NCBI RefSeq assembly: GCF_000150275.1
Contig: NW_002060943.1
Coordinates: forward strand, 3,065,264 to 3,129,263
Direction: 5' to 3'
DNA from: Trichoplax adhaerens
Lineage: Eukaryota > Animalia > Placozoa
Length of the DNA stretch: 64,000 nt
The translations under genes were made by a program, and so were the position numbers. Each line of letters opens with the position of its first letter. Positions within the stretch are counted from its first letter, which is position 1. Under the pieces are notes generated by a model, which saw only the letters and a list, made by a program, of their open reading frames with translations, was not told the DNA's origin and ran no database searches. Shown one piece after another: positions 14,274 through 28,262 of the stretch.

Positions 14274-16142
14274 TTCTTATTATCTGCAACAATTAGACGT
14301 TCAGTTATTAACTTTAGTGAGAATTTTTATGATCCAACATGACATGTGGGCTTTATTTATCTTCTATTTTCGGTGCTAGGCATCATGAAATGGTGCAAGA
14401 AGAAAATATCATTAGTAATCGCATTGAATTAATTGTAAAATGGAGAATTATAAATTAAAGTTTAAAAATTTTTAATGAATATCTATTTTTAATCACTGCA
14501 GCAATACAGACCGTACACAATATTATTATCACTAACACGGTAGGTACAACTTTAACTTAGGCATTAGTTGCTGGCTATGGTAAATGATGGATCAAGTTTA
14601 ATAGACTGACCGATGATTTTTACATATTGTATTATATACAAATGATGAAGTAATGGCATGCAGCTGTGCATGAAATGAAGTTACGAAAGAAGAACAGCTT
14701 TAGTACTGTACTGAAAATAAATCGGAATATCTTGGACTTGGAGTCTATGAACCGAAAGTAAATTCATATAATACGTATATACTAGTCTTTCTGGAGTAAA
14801 TTAGGGAGAATTCGATTACATATGCACTATCGACTGACTTAAATTGTTGGAAAATTGCATCTATCGAACTGTTCTCCTATTCTCTCGTAAAGGTGAACAA
14901 CAAGCGCTTGTTCGAGTATGCAAAGAAATACTGACGCTGATGGCAATATCAACTTATATTGGTGTAAAGCATCATCATCACTCGTACATTAACTCCAATT
15001 TCATAATCATACCGAAAAAACTTGTTGCTACAGAACTATTCTAAGTGTATATTCAAACAAAGTCTTCCTTTTTAAAAATGTTATACAATTCAACGTCGAC
15101 ATTACAGTTGATCAAAATCAACACATTCAAAAATAAGTCCGTAGTGTGAGTAGAGTAGTTTTAATACACATGGAATAAGTTTGTCTGCTATTCCCATCCA
15201 TTTCTGCTGTATCCCTAAGTGATCGAACACAAAGTTTCCAGTTTAAAACTATCCATAATTACAGTACTGTACTTGACAATAGATAAACTATTGTCATGGA
15301 TATCCATCATCCTTTCGATAGGAAAATTGGAAAGGCAAGTGTTGAACGTAGGTAGCGTGATTGTAAAGGATAGAAAAGGAACGATCTATACCGACGATAC
15401 TACTGGTAAAAGCAATCCTCTATTTCTACGTAAAGTCAGGATAATACCCCAATTCTAGAGCTAACTAGTGGTCATATCATTTTTCTACAAATTGGCCTGG
15501 TATATTACTATCGAGAAAGAAAGAGTACAGGAAGTGGTTATGAGTTGTACGCTGTAAACGTCCATTTACCGACTAAAGGATAATGTCACCGTGATGAAAA
15601 GAGAACCATTCCTACCATAAGCTTCCACTGATTATTTACTAAAGTCCGATCGTCTATTAAATATCTAATTGGGACAGTTTTCCCTCGCTAATCGATCAAA
15701 AGTTTAGCAAGAAGTTCACGATTAAGCTTATTATCCTCTTTCCATCACATTATCATTAACGCTGTGTCGACTCCAATCTATATACACGTATAAATTAAAT
15801 TAATCGATGAGAGGAATGGCGTTCCCTCGCTGATCAATATCCACCGTATTCCAATTGACTCGATGTCATCTAGTCTTTCAAATCTCAACTGAAATAGTTC
15901 ATCCACTTACTTAACATGTGTATTCATGCCAAGTATTACTCTTAGCATGGCATAGATCAATAATTAGAACGATTTTCCACCATAATATTTCTCCATTCCA
16001 ATGGGAAGATGAGTAATTTGCGATATTTTTAGTTGCCTTTTAAATCACAGAGTCTTGCTAGGATCGGCCTGATCGAGTCAATATGGTTAGCGGTTCCATA
16101 CTGAAGGTACTTGAATTGATAGAGCCCCCATGAACGTAACTG

Positions 16143-16190
16143 TATGGACGGACACTGGACCACACAAGACAGTACGTCGGTCCGTCCATA
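16143..16190. other. Perfect 11-bp inverted repeat / hairpin (TATGGACGGAC ... GTCCGTCCATA)
   Basis: Arms at 16143-16153 and 16180-16190 are exact reverse complements; additional ACTG/CAGT pairing inside. Confidence 0.8.
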
Positions 16191-17520
16191 GGCCTATCTG
16201 GAAAAAGGAAAAGTAATGTCACCCTTCACCATCATATTTTGCAAGTTTTTGTACATGTCACTACTAGCCCTCAAGTGAAATTTTTACCGGTCTCTCTTTA
16301 TCGTAAAGAAATTCAAGTTTTTATGATAAGATAGAACGAAAGCAAAAAGATAAAATAAAGTCTATGAAACTATCAATAGCCTTTTCTATATAAGACAGAA
16401 AGAAGGATTAATTACTAGCAAAATAATGTCATCGTACAGTATGATAGCAATTGCCTTGAACCAAGCAAATTGACACGGATGACATCATTTTGCACAGTGC
16501 CATTGCATTCGCGTGGCTTAGCTAGGGAAGCCGCTTTCTTCATCTACCAAAGGCCATCAAAGGCACGTTAGTTAATTCAAGGGCTCTTGAAGGGTGTAAA
16601 TCGTTCGTATTTAAAATAAAATTGTTTACAAAATAAGAGTTAAGCTTTTCCATCCGATCACATTAATTGCATGGAATTATTGCAGACAGTCAATACAAAT
16701 TCAATTAATCAATATACAGTATAATATGGCTTATCAATCTTTAGGCATCAATTGTTCGATTTCATACCCAAAATCAAATTATTTTAAATGAATTAATCAC
16801 TGCAAATCAGGAACTATATTGGAAAACAGAGAAAGGGACAGTACATGCTTGTTGATGATGACACAATACTAGAAATGGTCATTTTAATCGTATTGTATAT
16901 GACTATGCTTTAAATTAGCTGCTAGGTTGGTTTTATAACGTACTGTGTATGTGCTGCAGAGTTATAGTTGTAGCATACGAGTATAGTGAAATGATTAGCA
17001 AAATAATCGGCTTGCATCACACATTTCTGGCAGTCAAAGCCCGTGACCGTTTTCGAGTAGTTCAGTCAATCAGTACATTTTGCTCATCCCATCAGATTAA
17101 TTGCATAGTATGGACAGAATTAGTACGAATTACTGTAAATTAAATAATTACAATCAAAGCAGAGCATGAAAGGATATTGATGACTGTACTGTAATTTACT
17201 ACCAGTGAGTCATAAATCCTTCCACTCTGGACTGCCTCTCCTTCAACTACATGATGATAGCGTGCAGAAATGAGATGAAGTTTAGCTCTAATTTCATCGA
17301 TAAGATTGCCTTAAGAATTTTCTAGTAGCTTAACAACATCATGTAGAGCACGGGATACCAGTCGATGACTGTTTTAGTCAAGAGCTAACCAACATTTCCC
17401 TTTAAAAAGGAAATGTTGTCCAAGGGAAGATAAAACTAATCAATCAATTATAATTATATATAGTGTATATGAGATATAATATATAATATATTATAATAAA
17501 TAAAGGATAAATTACTATGT

Positions 17521-17561
17521 TTACGTCATTGATTATCGCGATAATCGTCATTGCGCATGCG
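17521..17561. promoter_or_regulatory. Putative bidirectional promoter motif cluster: TTACGTCA (CRE/ATF-like), 16-bp palindrome GATTATCGCGATAATC, NRF1-like TGCGCATGCG
   Basis: The motifs are read directly, lie within 40 bp of each other, and sit ~250 bp upstream of ANAPC7 coding sequence. Factor assignments are inferred from known consensus sequences. Confidence 0.55.
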
Positions 17562-17811
17562 TGCCAATTCAAACTTTCTTCCTGTTGTTTTCATCCAGTT
17601 CGGTAGGCAGGGCATTCACTCAATGGCAATCTACTATCCCATACAGGCTAATCAAATTCATACTGTAGCTAGTATCACCATCGATCTACTCATATCACTA
17701 TAGCAAATCCGTCAGCCTAACCCTTTCACAAACTAAATCTCCATTCTAACTTGCAAGACATCAACGCCATCAAGCAATTTATTCCAATTGATTAGGCTCA
17801 TTTTCTTACTA

Positions 17812-20800
17812 ATGCAGTCTATAACACCTATCTTAGAGCAAATTCAATCCCTGCTCAATGCCAAATTGTATCAAGATGTCGAATTACTGGTACTGATTGC
17901 TTGTTTATTTTCCTTGAAACAGCTAATGATAGCTGCAAAAGGAATTGTTGTAGTAACGGATATTTCAATATCGATCAAGGCTTGATAAATTACTAATCAT
18001 TTCCAACAACGATAAATTGACGATTCTAACATAGTTCTTTTAGGTTGCATTGATATCATCAAGTATCATTGGATAACCATGATCTTATTTCTTGATATTT
18101 TAGATCAGTCTTATTCTACCTATGGTCAATCAGTGCGGTAAAAATGATTCAGTAGCCTCTTCTCATTACTATAAAATTCTAGTATGGTATGGTGATTCAT
18201 TGTATGAAGGACGACAGTACAAGAAGGCAGAGGTAAAGTAGCTCATAAGCTAATTAGAAAGCATTCAGTTTTCATCATACTATACAAATCATGAGTAGTT
18301 GATATAGCCTTGACTATTCCGTAAAAGACCTTTACCTAAATAATAGATCATAAATTAGAATCGAACACCTGCAATACTATTCTCAGTAGCTACAAAATTG
18401 TTGATAGATTTATACGTATCTGATGTCAGTTCTCGATTTGCTATTTATTAGCCAGAATGTTAAATCGTGTAGTTGCCCTTTATGAGATGGTATATAATCA
18501 TTAAGAAAGATTGTAACCTTATTTTCAAAATATCTCTACTTTGGAATACAGTACAATAGAGATCTTAGAGGATAAAAAATAGAAAGTTGTTATACAACCT
18601 TCCAGTTGGCCTCATGAAGTTAATCTCGTTACAGCAGAATAATGACAAATCAAATGATTGTCCCATAAATTACAAATTTACTCCATTTATTCATCTTTCT
18701 ACAGTAGTAATCTGTCAAATTTTAACAAACATTTCAATTGAAGGTACTGGAATAAGTAATATTTTCAAATTCCAATCAATACATAATCGTATATAGAAGT
18801 ATGAAATCTCTATTTGAAAGTACTAACAGCTTGAAATGGACTCTAATAGAGACATTAAAGCATAAGATAGATTCGTTACTCTGGCTTCCAATTAGCCTTA
18901 TATAGTGGATCTAACTATAGTAGTAATCTATCACAGTCTTGTAAATACTTTGCTAAATGTGCTAGAATCAGCCGATATTTAAGACTACATCAATCGATTG
19001 ATGTATAATATAATCTTTCAAGAATGGTAGAACCGCATTCCAAAATATCAGGACTATAAACTACAGCACAATCAAGATCTTAGAGTGTAATGCAAAAGTG
19101 ATTTCTCAAGTTATTGATTGACTTTATTTATTGATTTAGCTACAGCAATGACGTTTCAAACAGTTATATTTACTATTCATTCCTAAATTGGCATCAGTTA
19201 CTAAACACACTGCGACAATGACCTATCAGACCTTCGCTTGCGTGGAATGTAATGGAACTGTAGTTATTTTATCCATCAATGATGGCCTAAAATCACGCTG
19301 ATATAGATGTAGCATATAGACAGTAGTGATTAAACAGTGTATTTATTCTAACTTATGATGAATTGAATCATTTTAGGATATCTTCCAGAAAGCTTTATTG
19401 CTACGAAAGAATCTGAATAAAGCTAAAGTCAAGAGTTTAACAAGTGAATTATTACTATCTGAAGTGGAATTAAAATATAAATTATATGAATGTTACATGA
19501 AACTTGGCGATGCTAGAAATGCTACTGCTATGGTAACGTGATTTCATCCTAACCTAATATTGATGATATATACAATCTACTTACGATAGATTTTCTCAAT
19601 TACTTTGGATAAATTCCTTACTTTAAATACTACATACCATTACTGTAAAGCTAATGGGTGTGTGGGGTACGTAATATTGTTAAATGCTATGTAATGCACC
19701 AGTGATTTTGAACATTACTGCTATTTACAGAGATGCTCAACTCACTATCAAGTAAATAGTAACTACTATTCAATATACGCTCGTATATTGCTAATACCTG
19801 ATCATTCAGATTAATGTTTAAATTGCATATTATAACTACAATATTTTAGGCGTCCAATTTTTAGCCTATGGATGTGTAATGATAAAGCAATTATATTGAT
19901 TGCAATCAAATCGCAATTAACATGATTTATTATAGGAACAGTTAATAAATCAATTCTACATCTACAGGAACATCAAGTGTATAACTGCTATATTTTGTAT
20001 CGTTTTACAGTTAGAAGGAATTTCCGTTAGGCAGAGGACACCTAAAGTTCTCATGAGCTTAGCTCATCTCTATCAAATATCCAATATCGATAAGCAAGCT
20101 ATTGCCTGCTATAAAGAGATTTTACGGTTGGCTTTTTCTTATGATCAGTGTTTTCCGATAGCTATTTTAAAATCCATTCAATATAATAATAGTATGATAA
20201 TATTGCAGCATATAATTATATTCTATTTAGAAAATGTCCTCTAGCATTGGGTGCGGTCCACGGATTGTTACAGCTTGGATGTACACGAGATGATATTGTG
20301 AATATAATATCAGCGGCTGGAATATCATGCCCATCTTGGTTTGTCAATCCTCTAATATCTCCTAGTTTGTGTACAAATTGTATGTTAATTAAGACGATAA
20401 ATCCTCATTTAATCTAGGCTCAATGAATGGATTAATGGTCATTCTCAAATGGCATGTAAAGAATACAAAAGTAAGCAGAAACTGATAATCTATCATTTTA
20501 AGCAATGTAAAATTGTCTAGTGTGACAACACTCGTATAATTTACTGAGCATTTACTTTAAGATAAAGGTAATCATTACAAATAAAGTCTTTACTATCGTT
20601 AAATTACAGAAGCGATTGAAACCCTATCCAAATTGGAATCACATGTATGCCTCTTGTGGATGCTTGTCAACTTTTATATTTTTTATTGTTGCAAAAACTT
20701 GTCTAAGCCATTGATAACATTTTACATTTTTCTTATAATGTAATTGATCCCTTGCAAAATTTTGGGATGATTGCAGCATTTACATAGCAGCATCCCTATT

Positions 20801-22814
20801 ATGAACAGTATCGCTATGGGATATTACAGACAAGAAGATTACAGAAACGCAAAACATCTTTTTGAGAAGGTAAAACATTAGCAAAAATACACCATTCCTT
20901 ACTCCATCTCACCGATCGATAAGTAGCTTTTGTGTCGTAATATTAGATTATTTTTTACTTGAATAGATTATAGAAATGGACCCATATTCTGTAAAGGGGT
21001 TAGGCATTTATGCAAGGATTTTAGCGAAGGAAAAAAATGTTAAAAGTTTATTTATGTAAGTGATCATTTTCGAGAGATTTGCCATATTAGGTTTTGGTTA
21101 TTTTTCTAACTTTACCTAATTGGTGTGACAACTTAGGCTATCTAAAAGACTTTTACAAGTCAATGAAAATAGCGTCGACACTTGGCTAGTAATGGCTGAA
21201 TACAATGCTATCAAGGATAATGTACAACGAGCTATATATTTTGCTCAAAAGGTTATTAAATGACGTTATTTTATAAATTTCCTGGATCGACCTTACACTA
21301 CCAAGTGCAGTTCTTAAACTCTTTCTTTCTATACGTTTATAGGCCCATGTTATTGATAGCTCAAATATTCAAGCCCTTGTTCTTAAAGGTTTCACTCAAG
21401 TCATCATTAATTATGTTGCATGTCAATCTACGCTATTACTTTACGCAGCGATAACCTTTAATTAACGTAGATGATATGATTTTTACCACTGTTACTAGCA
21501 TCATTATTATTGCAAATGAATAAAACGACGGAGGCTATTCTACATTATCAAGAAGCCATCAAATTGGCACCTGATCAAGTGGAATCATATATTGGTATTA
21601 TTTTCTTTATGAGATCCATCAATTAGCTTATCATTCTGATATTTATACTACATCGGTACTTTACTAATTTTACTATATTCCTAAAATTACCTAAATTAGG
21701 TTTAGTAAACTGTTACTTAGCTGATAACAAGATCTCTCTGGCTTCCTCAACAGCTGCTAAAGCTTACACAAAAGTTGGACGAACACCAAGTACATTGCTA
21801 GTAAGTTGAATTAGCCTTTTCATACAGTTACTGATGGAGCAATATGATTGTTATTTTACATCCTTGCCAACTGGAATTACCGTATGATATCAATATAGAA
21901 AACACATTTTAAATCAGCATGGCGAGATTGATCATTAAATAGCGTACTAAAGAAATCTAAATTTTAAGATTGCTCACATAGCTAATGTAAGATATATCAT
22001 CTATAGCTTTGCGGCAACGTGTATCTCCGAAGTTCAGGAGACTGTGTGGACAAAGTTAGTATACGATTTTATAGTAACTTTTAGGCTTTTTATATTACTC
22101 TTACGAAATTAAAATGATTCGCGTTTTATACTAGGCGAAGTCATCATTCCAGTTAGCATTAAATCTTGATCCATCGTGCGAACTTGCTGCCTGCTCGTTA
22201 GCTAATATCTACGCTGATAAATTTTCAGACTGTGACAAGGCTATAAAATTGTAAGAATTACTTAGTCGTTTTCAAGTACATTGTACATAGCAAGAGTTTC
22301 TGAAACATTTTTATACGTATAATTACTTGCCAAACTAGACTACAGCAATTTTTAGAAACAACACCAAGCTCAAAAGTACACTTACAATTGGGTAATTACT
22401 ATTGTGAAACCCACAAGAAACAACAGGCTCTGGACGAATATAGAATTGCTCTAAGGTATGACAGAATGCTTTATATATCACACGAATGACCTTCTGTACT
22501 AATTTTACATAAATAAGCAAATCATTTAATTGATTGATATAGTATGGATAGTAACTGTTCGGAAGCTCAAGAGGCCATTGACAAGTTGGAAAATGAAAGT
22601 AGAGATATTGAAGAAAGTAGTCTTCACTATGAATTGAATCCAATTCACCCGCTTCATTTTGACATCGATGATGAGGTAATTGAGTAATACATATTTGCAA
22701 TCATAGGAGTCATTAATCATTCAGTTGGCTATTTTCGAAAATTTTTTACACTTTTCTGGCATCGTATAGGACGGTGACGCCAATACAACAGGATCATTAG
22801 ACGAAATGGAATAA
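17812..22814 (+). CDS. ANAPC7: Anaphase-promoting complex subunit 7 (TPR), multi-exon; exact start uncertain
   Basis: Exons translate to ILVWYGDSLYEGRQYKKAE, SEVELKYKLYECYMKL, LEGISVRQRTPKVLMSLAHLY...ACYKEILR|KCPLALGAVHGLL, EAILHYQEAIKLAP and ALDEYRIAL, colinear with APC7. Stop TAA at 22812-22814. Confidence 0.9.
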
Positions 22815-24090
22815 TTCTAAAGCAAAATTTTATATACTGTATCTTAAAGCAATCAAAGTAGCATATACTGCTTATTGTGTATGCAAAAATAGCGTTTAGA
22901 GTTTTCTATTACATGTTAGTTTATTGTATGTCGATGGTTATAGTGTACCAGTTTTTTCGAATCTAAATCGCATCATCTTTAATGAACTGCTTATATTACA
23001 GAAAAAATATGCACAGACAATCGCCTTGTAGTATTATAGTATTTTATCTACCAGGAAGTTCTTTACCGGTATGGTTTGTTACAAAAATATATATTTTTAC
23101 GATACAAATATTATTAAACACTTGCTTCTATATTTAATTATTTAAAGTTTGGTACTTTACCTACAAAGGTACCCAATTGATCTGTTTATACTAGGAGCTA
23201 CGAATATAGGAAGACCATATTTTAGATGAGAGCAGAATCTGATATTGACTTGTATTTTAGCCATTGTGACACACATTTTCATTTATTACGGAAATTTAGT
23301 TTTATTTTGTTGCTTTTTCAATTGAAGGTTATTAAATATTCTGTACACTGTAAAAGTGATGTTGATATCAATTTATTCACTTAGAATAGTCCTATCTGTT
23401 CAATACCATGTAGTACTACTGCTCCAAACATTTTTGAATCGAGTCTGGTTTAAACATAAAACCATTACTTAAAGAGATGACGCTTCTATTCTTTCCAAGG
23501 TAGACTAAAACAATCTACGAAATTTAAACTAGACGACAGTGCGACTCAGTTCTATCCATAATGCTAAAATACATAGATGGTCAATTTAGTTTAAGTAATT
23601 ATACCATTAACGAGGATTGCCATTGATAATCTAGTGCGTACAATACATTCGGATCACCAAGATATACTACTGTATACATTACTAAATCGCCAGTGCCCAT
23701 ATAGGCCTTTATTAAATTATACAATACTTATTATATGTAATTACCTTGCTGCGACTACTCAAGTACTTTACGCCAGATTTAAGGTATAGTGTGTAAAGTA
23801 TTAAAAACTCAACGAATCATTTTCTAAGCAAACTGTTACTTATCTATGATATCCATGTAAATACGTTTGACTTATCTGAGTGTTTATCAAAATTATCAAT
23901 TACAGTGGGCATTTTTCCTGCTCAAGTTTCATACAAATAACATAAAGGGCATTATTTACACCTTCATCATAGCTGATATTTCACCTCGGAAGGCACAGCT
24001 TCAGGAAAAACTCCTTTTATAATTACAAATTGGAATCAGACAATTTAAAGTAACACTGAATAAAACATGAATTTGGAAATAATACTCACG

Positions 24091-25789
24091 TTACATTAGC
24101 TTTAATTCTCCAGTAACAAGGTCAATCAGTTCTTGTGGTCCTATTTAACATAATAAAGCATAACTCCTAACGTTTCATGATCAGAACTATAATTTCTTTA
24201 TCTAAATGGCATATATAAACAAACTACACAAAGTTCATAAATAGGCTTACCCGGTCCGACTGCTAATACAGTCAAAGAACCAGCCGCTATCTGTGTACGA
24301 CCCGCATCAGCAATGACGTTAGCCTCTAAACCCAATTTTCTTGCTTGACTTTGCATCTTTAACCTAACGCAAACCATACAATACATCCACAAACAAAACG
24401 TATGTAGTTAGGCTAGCTACTGCACTTCGTTATGCTGTGCATCTATGAAATATTTATACAAATTGAAAGATATACACTTAGTGCATATCACTGTATCAGT
24501 GCAACACTTATACATACTTACAGTGTTGCTTCGTCAGATGCCTTAACAACAACCTTTGCTTGTCCACTACGCTTCCACTTATGTATCATCTTAAACAATA
24601 AACTATCTGATTACAATATACGTATGACATAAATCGAAAGTACGTTGAGGTTATAGATTTATACCGCAACTAACTTTCTTAAAGTTAAATTACTAGATTG
24701 ACATGTATATTGTGCATCTAGCCTAAAAACCATCGCAACGATAAAGCGTAATTTAAAGAGATATGATGCCAGCCTCCTTAATAGAATATACGAGATCAAA
24801 TACCACATCCAGTATATGCACAAACTATGCAAGTCAATAGCACGATTTACAAAGGCAGAGGTGTTTTTTGAAGAGTATACGTATATCTATTTAGAAGTAA
24901 CTTTATCCAGCTTTGAACGCGTTACCTCTGGATTTTTGCGCATGCAACCAACGTAATTCGCAATAGCACCATGACAGCACTAAATTTGATAATTAAAAAA
25001 ATCGCAAAATTTTCACGGCTATATTTCCAAAGAGCTAACTATCACGATCCATAAATTATGTCTAAATGCACCGCATAATAAATTTCTATCTACTTAGAGT
25101 TTGATTAAAGTACGAAACCGCGATTATAGTATGACTCACTATTCCCAATTTCGAAAGTTCATGAAGATCATATTCATTAATTATAATAATAATTATAATT
25201 ATCATTTATATTAATATCATTGTCGATAAAATACTATGCTAATATAGAGCACGACAGTACAGTACATGATCTACTGTAGTTTGTCAACATACCTGTGCGG
25301 CCATCTTGCCTTTGCGCATATGTAAATCAGTTCGGACAGCAATGACCATTTTGAAATCTTCATATTTTCTAGGATCGATAGGAGGCTGAAATAGATCATT
25401 ACTGGATGAAATTGCATGCTATATCCGTTTAATGTTTTACTGCACTACACCATATGGCTACATTAATATCTGCTATTCTCCCATATCATTCTAGAACAGC
25501 TCATCCTATATTGTTGTTCATTGTCTACACTGTCGATGAAAATCTACTTTGCATATAGTAATAGATTGAAGGAAATCTAAGTAAAAGATTTAAAATAGAA
25601 TGAATTAAGCAGAATAACCGATTCTGTAGACGATCTGGAAGAATCCGCTGGAAGATCTTCATCATCATTTTTCTCCTCTGGCGGGATCGAGTGCATAATC
25701 CGCATTCCTCGAAGAGCCCATCCTACACATACACCTCCGACTAGAAATGAAAGGCAAGAAACTTCTACCCATCCTTTAGTTAAAGCCAT
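24091..25789 (-). CDS. PTRH2: Peptidyl-tRNA hydrolase 2 (mitochondrial, Bit1), ~6 exons
   Basis: N-terminal TM segment, then FKMVIAVRTDLHMRKGKMAAQ|CCHGA, WKRSGQAKVVVK, IADAGRTQIAAGSLTVLAVGPG|PQELIDLVTGELKLM*. Confidence 0.95.
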
Positions 25790-26453
25790 ATTTCATCTGC
25801 TGTATCTTCTCAATTTATCACCGTTGACTCTTACGCTCTAATTTTGATGAGCTAACTTAGCTCTCAGAATCTTAGCACAGCAGCAAGACCACCGGTAGTC
25901 AACGGTATGCAACCTGCAATCCATATGTCTGTACGTCCATACCTGGTGATCGAGTAATGCAGTAACCTTATTCATAAATATGGTAGTAAAACAATATGAA
26001 ATCCTAACACTAGTTTGCACACTGTACCTACGCTCATTAAGACGCAACTGCGCATGTTATTGGCCAGTCCTTCAAATCAGAGTCAGGTGTTTGCTAGTTG
26101 CCATAGTAATTATGCGGAAGGCTGCACTGCCAATCAAGATTAGGACTATACGAGCAATAGCCATCGATCACTCAAGCTTTATTCTAGCATACTATGACTA
26201 TATAGTACTTTTCTATTAATTTCAACACGATTATAAAGTATTACTGACAATATATCACTGTACAGTAGTTTCGTCATTATCTGTCACAATCCATGAGCTT
26301 ATTCCTGCTATACAATAGAAAATGAATCATCGTGGCCAAACGATTGTCGTTTCTCCCATAGTAATAGCCTTGGATAAATTGAAATAATTCTGAGTAGTAT
26401 TATTACATTTTTTTTGTAGACTATAAAGTGCCGTAGAAGCTCTACTACTAGAC

Positions 26454-27426
26454 ATGGAATCGAACAAATCAGACAGTGATAATAGAAAATTAGTAAAAAA
26501 TAAGAGGAAAATATGTAATTCGAGAAAGAAAAAGAAATCAAACAAGGTAAAATTAATGACTGATCGAGACGATGGACGAAAGAATGATCATCTAAGAAAA
26601 GGTAAATGCAAAATTAAAGCAATATACTAATTTGACTCTGAAAATTACTTGCAGTGAAACGTAAACCTACTTTCCTAAGTTTAATCGCTTCCACTTTATG
26701 ATAAACTTATAAAGCTGCTATGTTGTACAAACATGTTGACATATGCATTTGCGTCATATTACTGTAAGTTCCAATTTTCCTGTATATGCCTATACTATAC
26801 TACAGATTTAAACCAAAACTGCTACCTAATCATAGATAGTAAAGTAGGTAGGATAAAGTGTAAACCATCTTGAGGCATATTCAATTCAAATTTCCTGTGT
26901 ACGTGACATATGCTATAGATTTAAATCACGACTGCTACTCAATCATAAATAGTTAGATATGATGTAAGGCGAATAGGTAAGGCATGTTCATATATTTTAA
27001 ATGAACAAACTTATTTTCCGATGTTAACTATCCCGTCATCTATTCTGGTTGAAATAATCCGTAGATACTACAAAATGTCGAAGAAAACGGCGTCCTCCTC
27101 TACCACCTGTTGATAACTTGCGAAGCGATGGTCGAAGTACTAGCGCAGGTAGTAGTAATGGCGTAGACTCTCGTCGAACGAAAGCAATGACGGCTCAGAA
27201 GGATCACGATGACGAGTTATGCCAACTGATGAAGAAAAAATTAAAAGTTATTGATGATTGGCTCTATAACTACACCAATACGACAAGAGATAGCATCCAA
27301 ATTAATAAAGAAACACTTCGCTGGGAGTATGAAACTTCAAATTACATAACAGAAAAAAGTCGACTTGAGATTTATAAAGAAAAAAGACGACAACGATATT
27401 TAGATGCGTTAGGCAAAAGCAATTAA
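26454..27426 (+). CDS. LIAT1: LIAT1-like (ligand of ATE1 / C17orf97-like) protein, 2 coding exons (26454-26601, 27065-27426; ~169 aa)
   Basis: Lys-rich N-terminus (KNKRKICNSRKKKKSNK), phase-1 GT-AG intron, and C-terminal ETLRWEYETSNYITEKSRLEIYKEKRRQRY, which resembles the Liat1 domain pattern ESLRW...E..R...YK..RR.RY as I recall it. Confidence 0.7.
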
Positions 27427-28262
27427 TGTTAGAGCGCATAGAAATTCTTATTACAGTAAAAAATTAATGATAATTTATATCAGGGCATATAAATCGCTCT
27501 ATACTGCGACTTTGAATAAATTAAATTTATTTTGTAGCTAATAATTCGATTATAATATAAATCAATATAACAATATTGATTCGCCTTCTTGGAAATAATT
27601 GTTGAAAAACTAACTGATAAAATTTGATTTGATGTTTATGTAACTGGTCCAATCTACATTCCACGTATCGACATATGAACATGTCGTGAGCAGCGGTTAA
27701 AAATGAATAATCTTCATTAAACACAGATCCTTAGTTATGGTTGCAGAACAAATAAACCCCAATGGAGAAGGCGTATATATTTATACCATATTTTGATGAT
27801 GATAAACGTTATATGTATACTAAAATTAATATAATTTGAGATTATTGAAACATTTGACAATTTTATCGTATGGAATATAAAAAATATAGTATAAATTATG
27901 CAAATACTTTAATTTTATTTGTATAAAAAATATAAAATATATATATATATATACCATACATGTTGAAATCACGATGTCTAATAACGAATTAGTTAAAAAT
28001 TTTTTAAGCTCAATAAAATCCTTCATATAAATTATTTCATATAGTTTACTTCGTTCAATATGCTATTAAGGGAATAGAAAAATCTTTACAATCATAGCAT
28101 CCGTTGCCCCCCTTCCATTCATATGTTAAATTATTATCCATATGACCAATATTACATTACTTCATTTAATAAAATGAAATAGACCAATAACGCAATAATT
28201 ATACTATTTCATCTGTTGCTCCTGATGAGTAATAAAATGCATATCAATCTCAGCATTAACTT

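Noticed and set aside
17168-17177. ATATCCTTT (U12 AT-AC donor-like) on the minus strand upstream of PHETA
   Set aside because: No matching branch point/AC acceptor or exon context could be established; similar matches at ~48088 and ~55067 are in non-splicing contexts.
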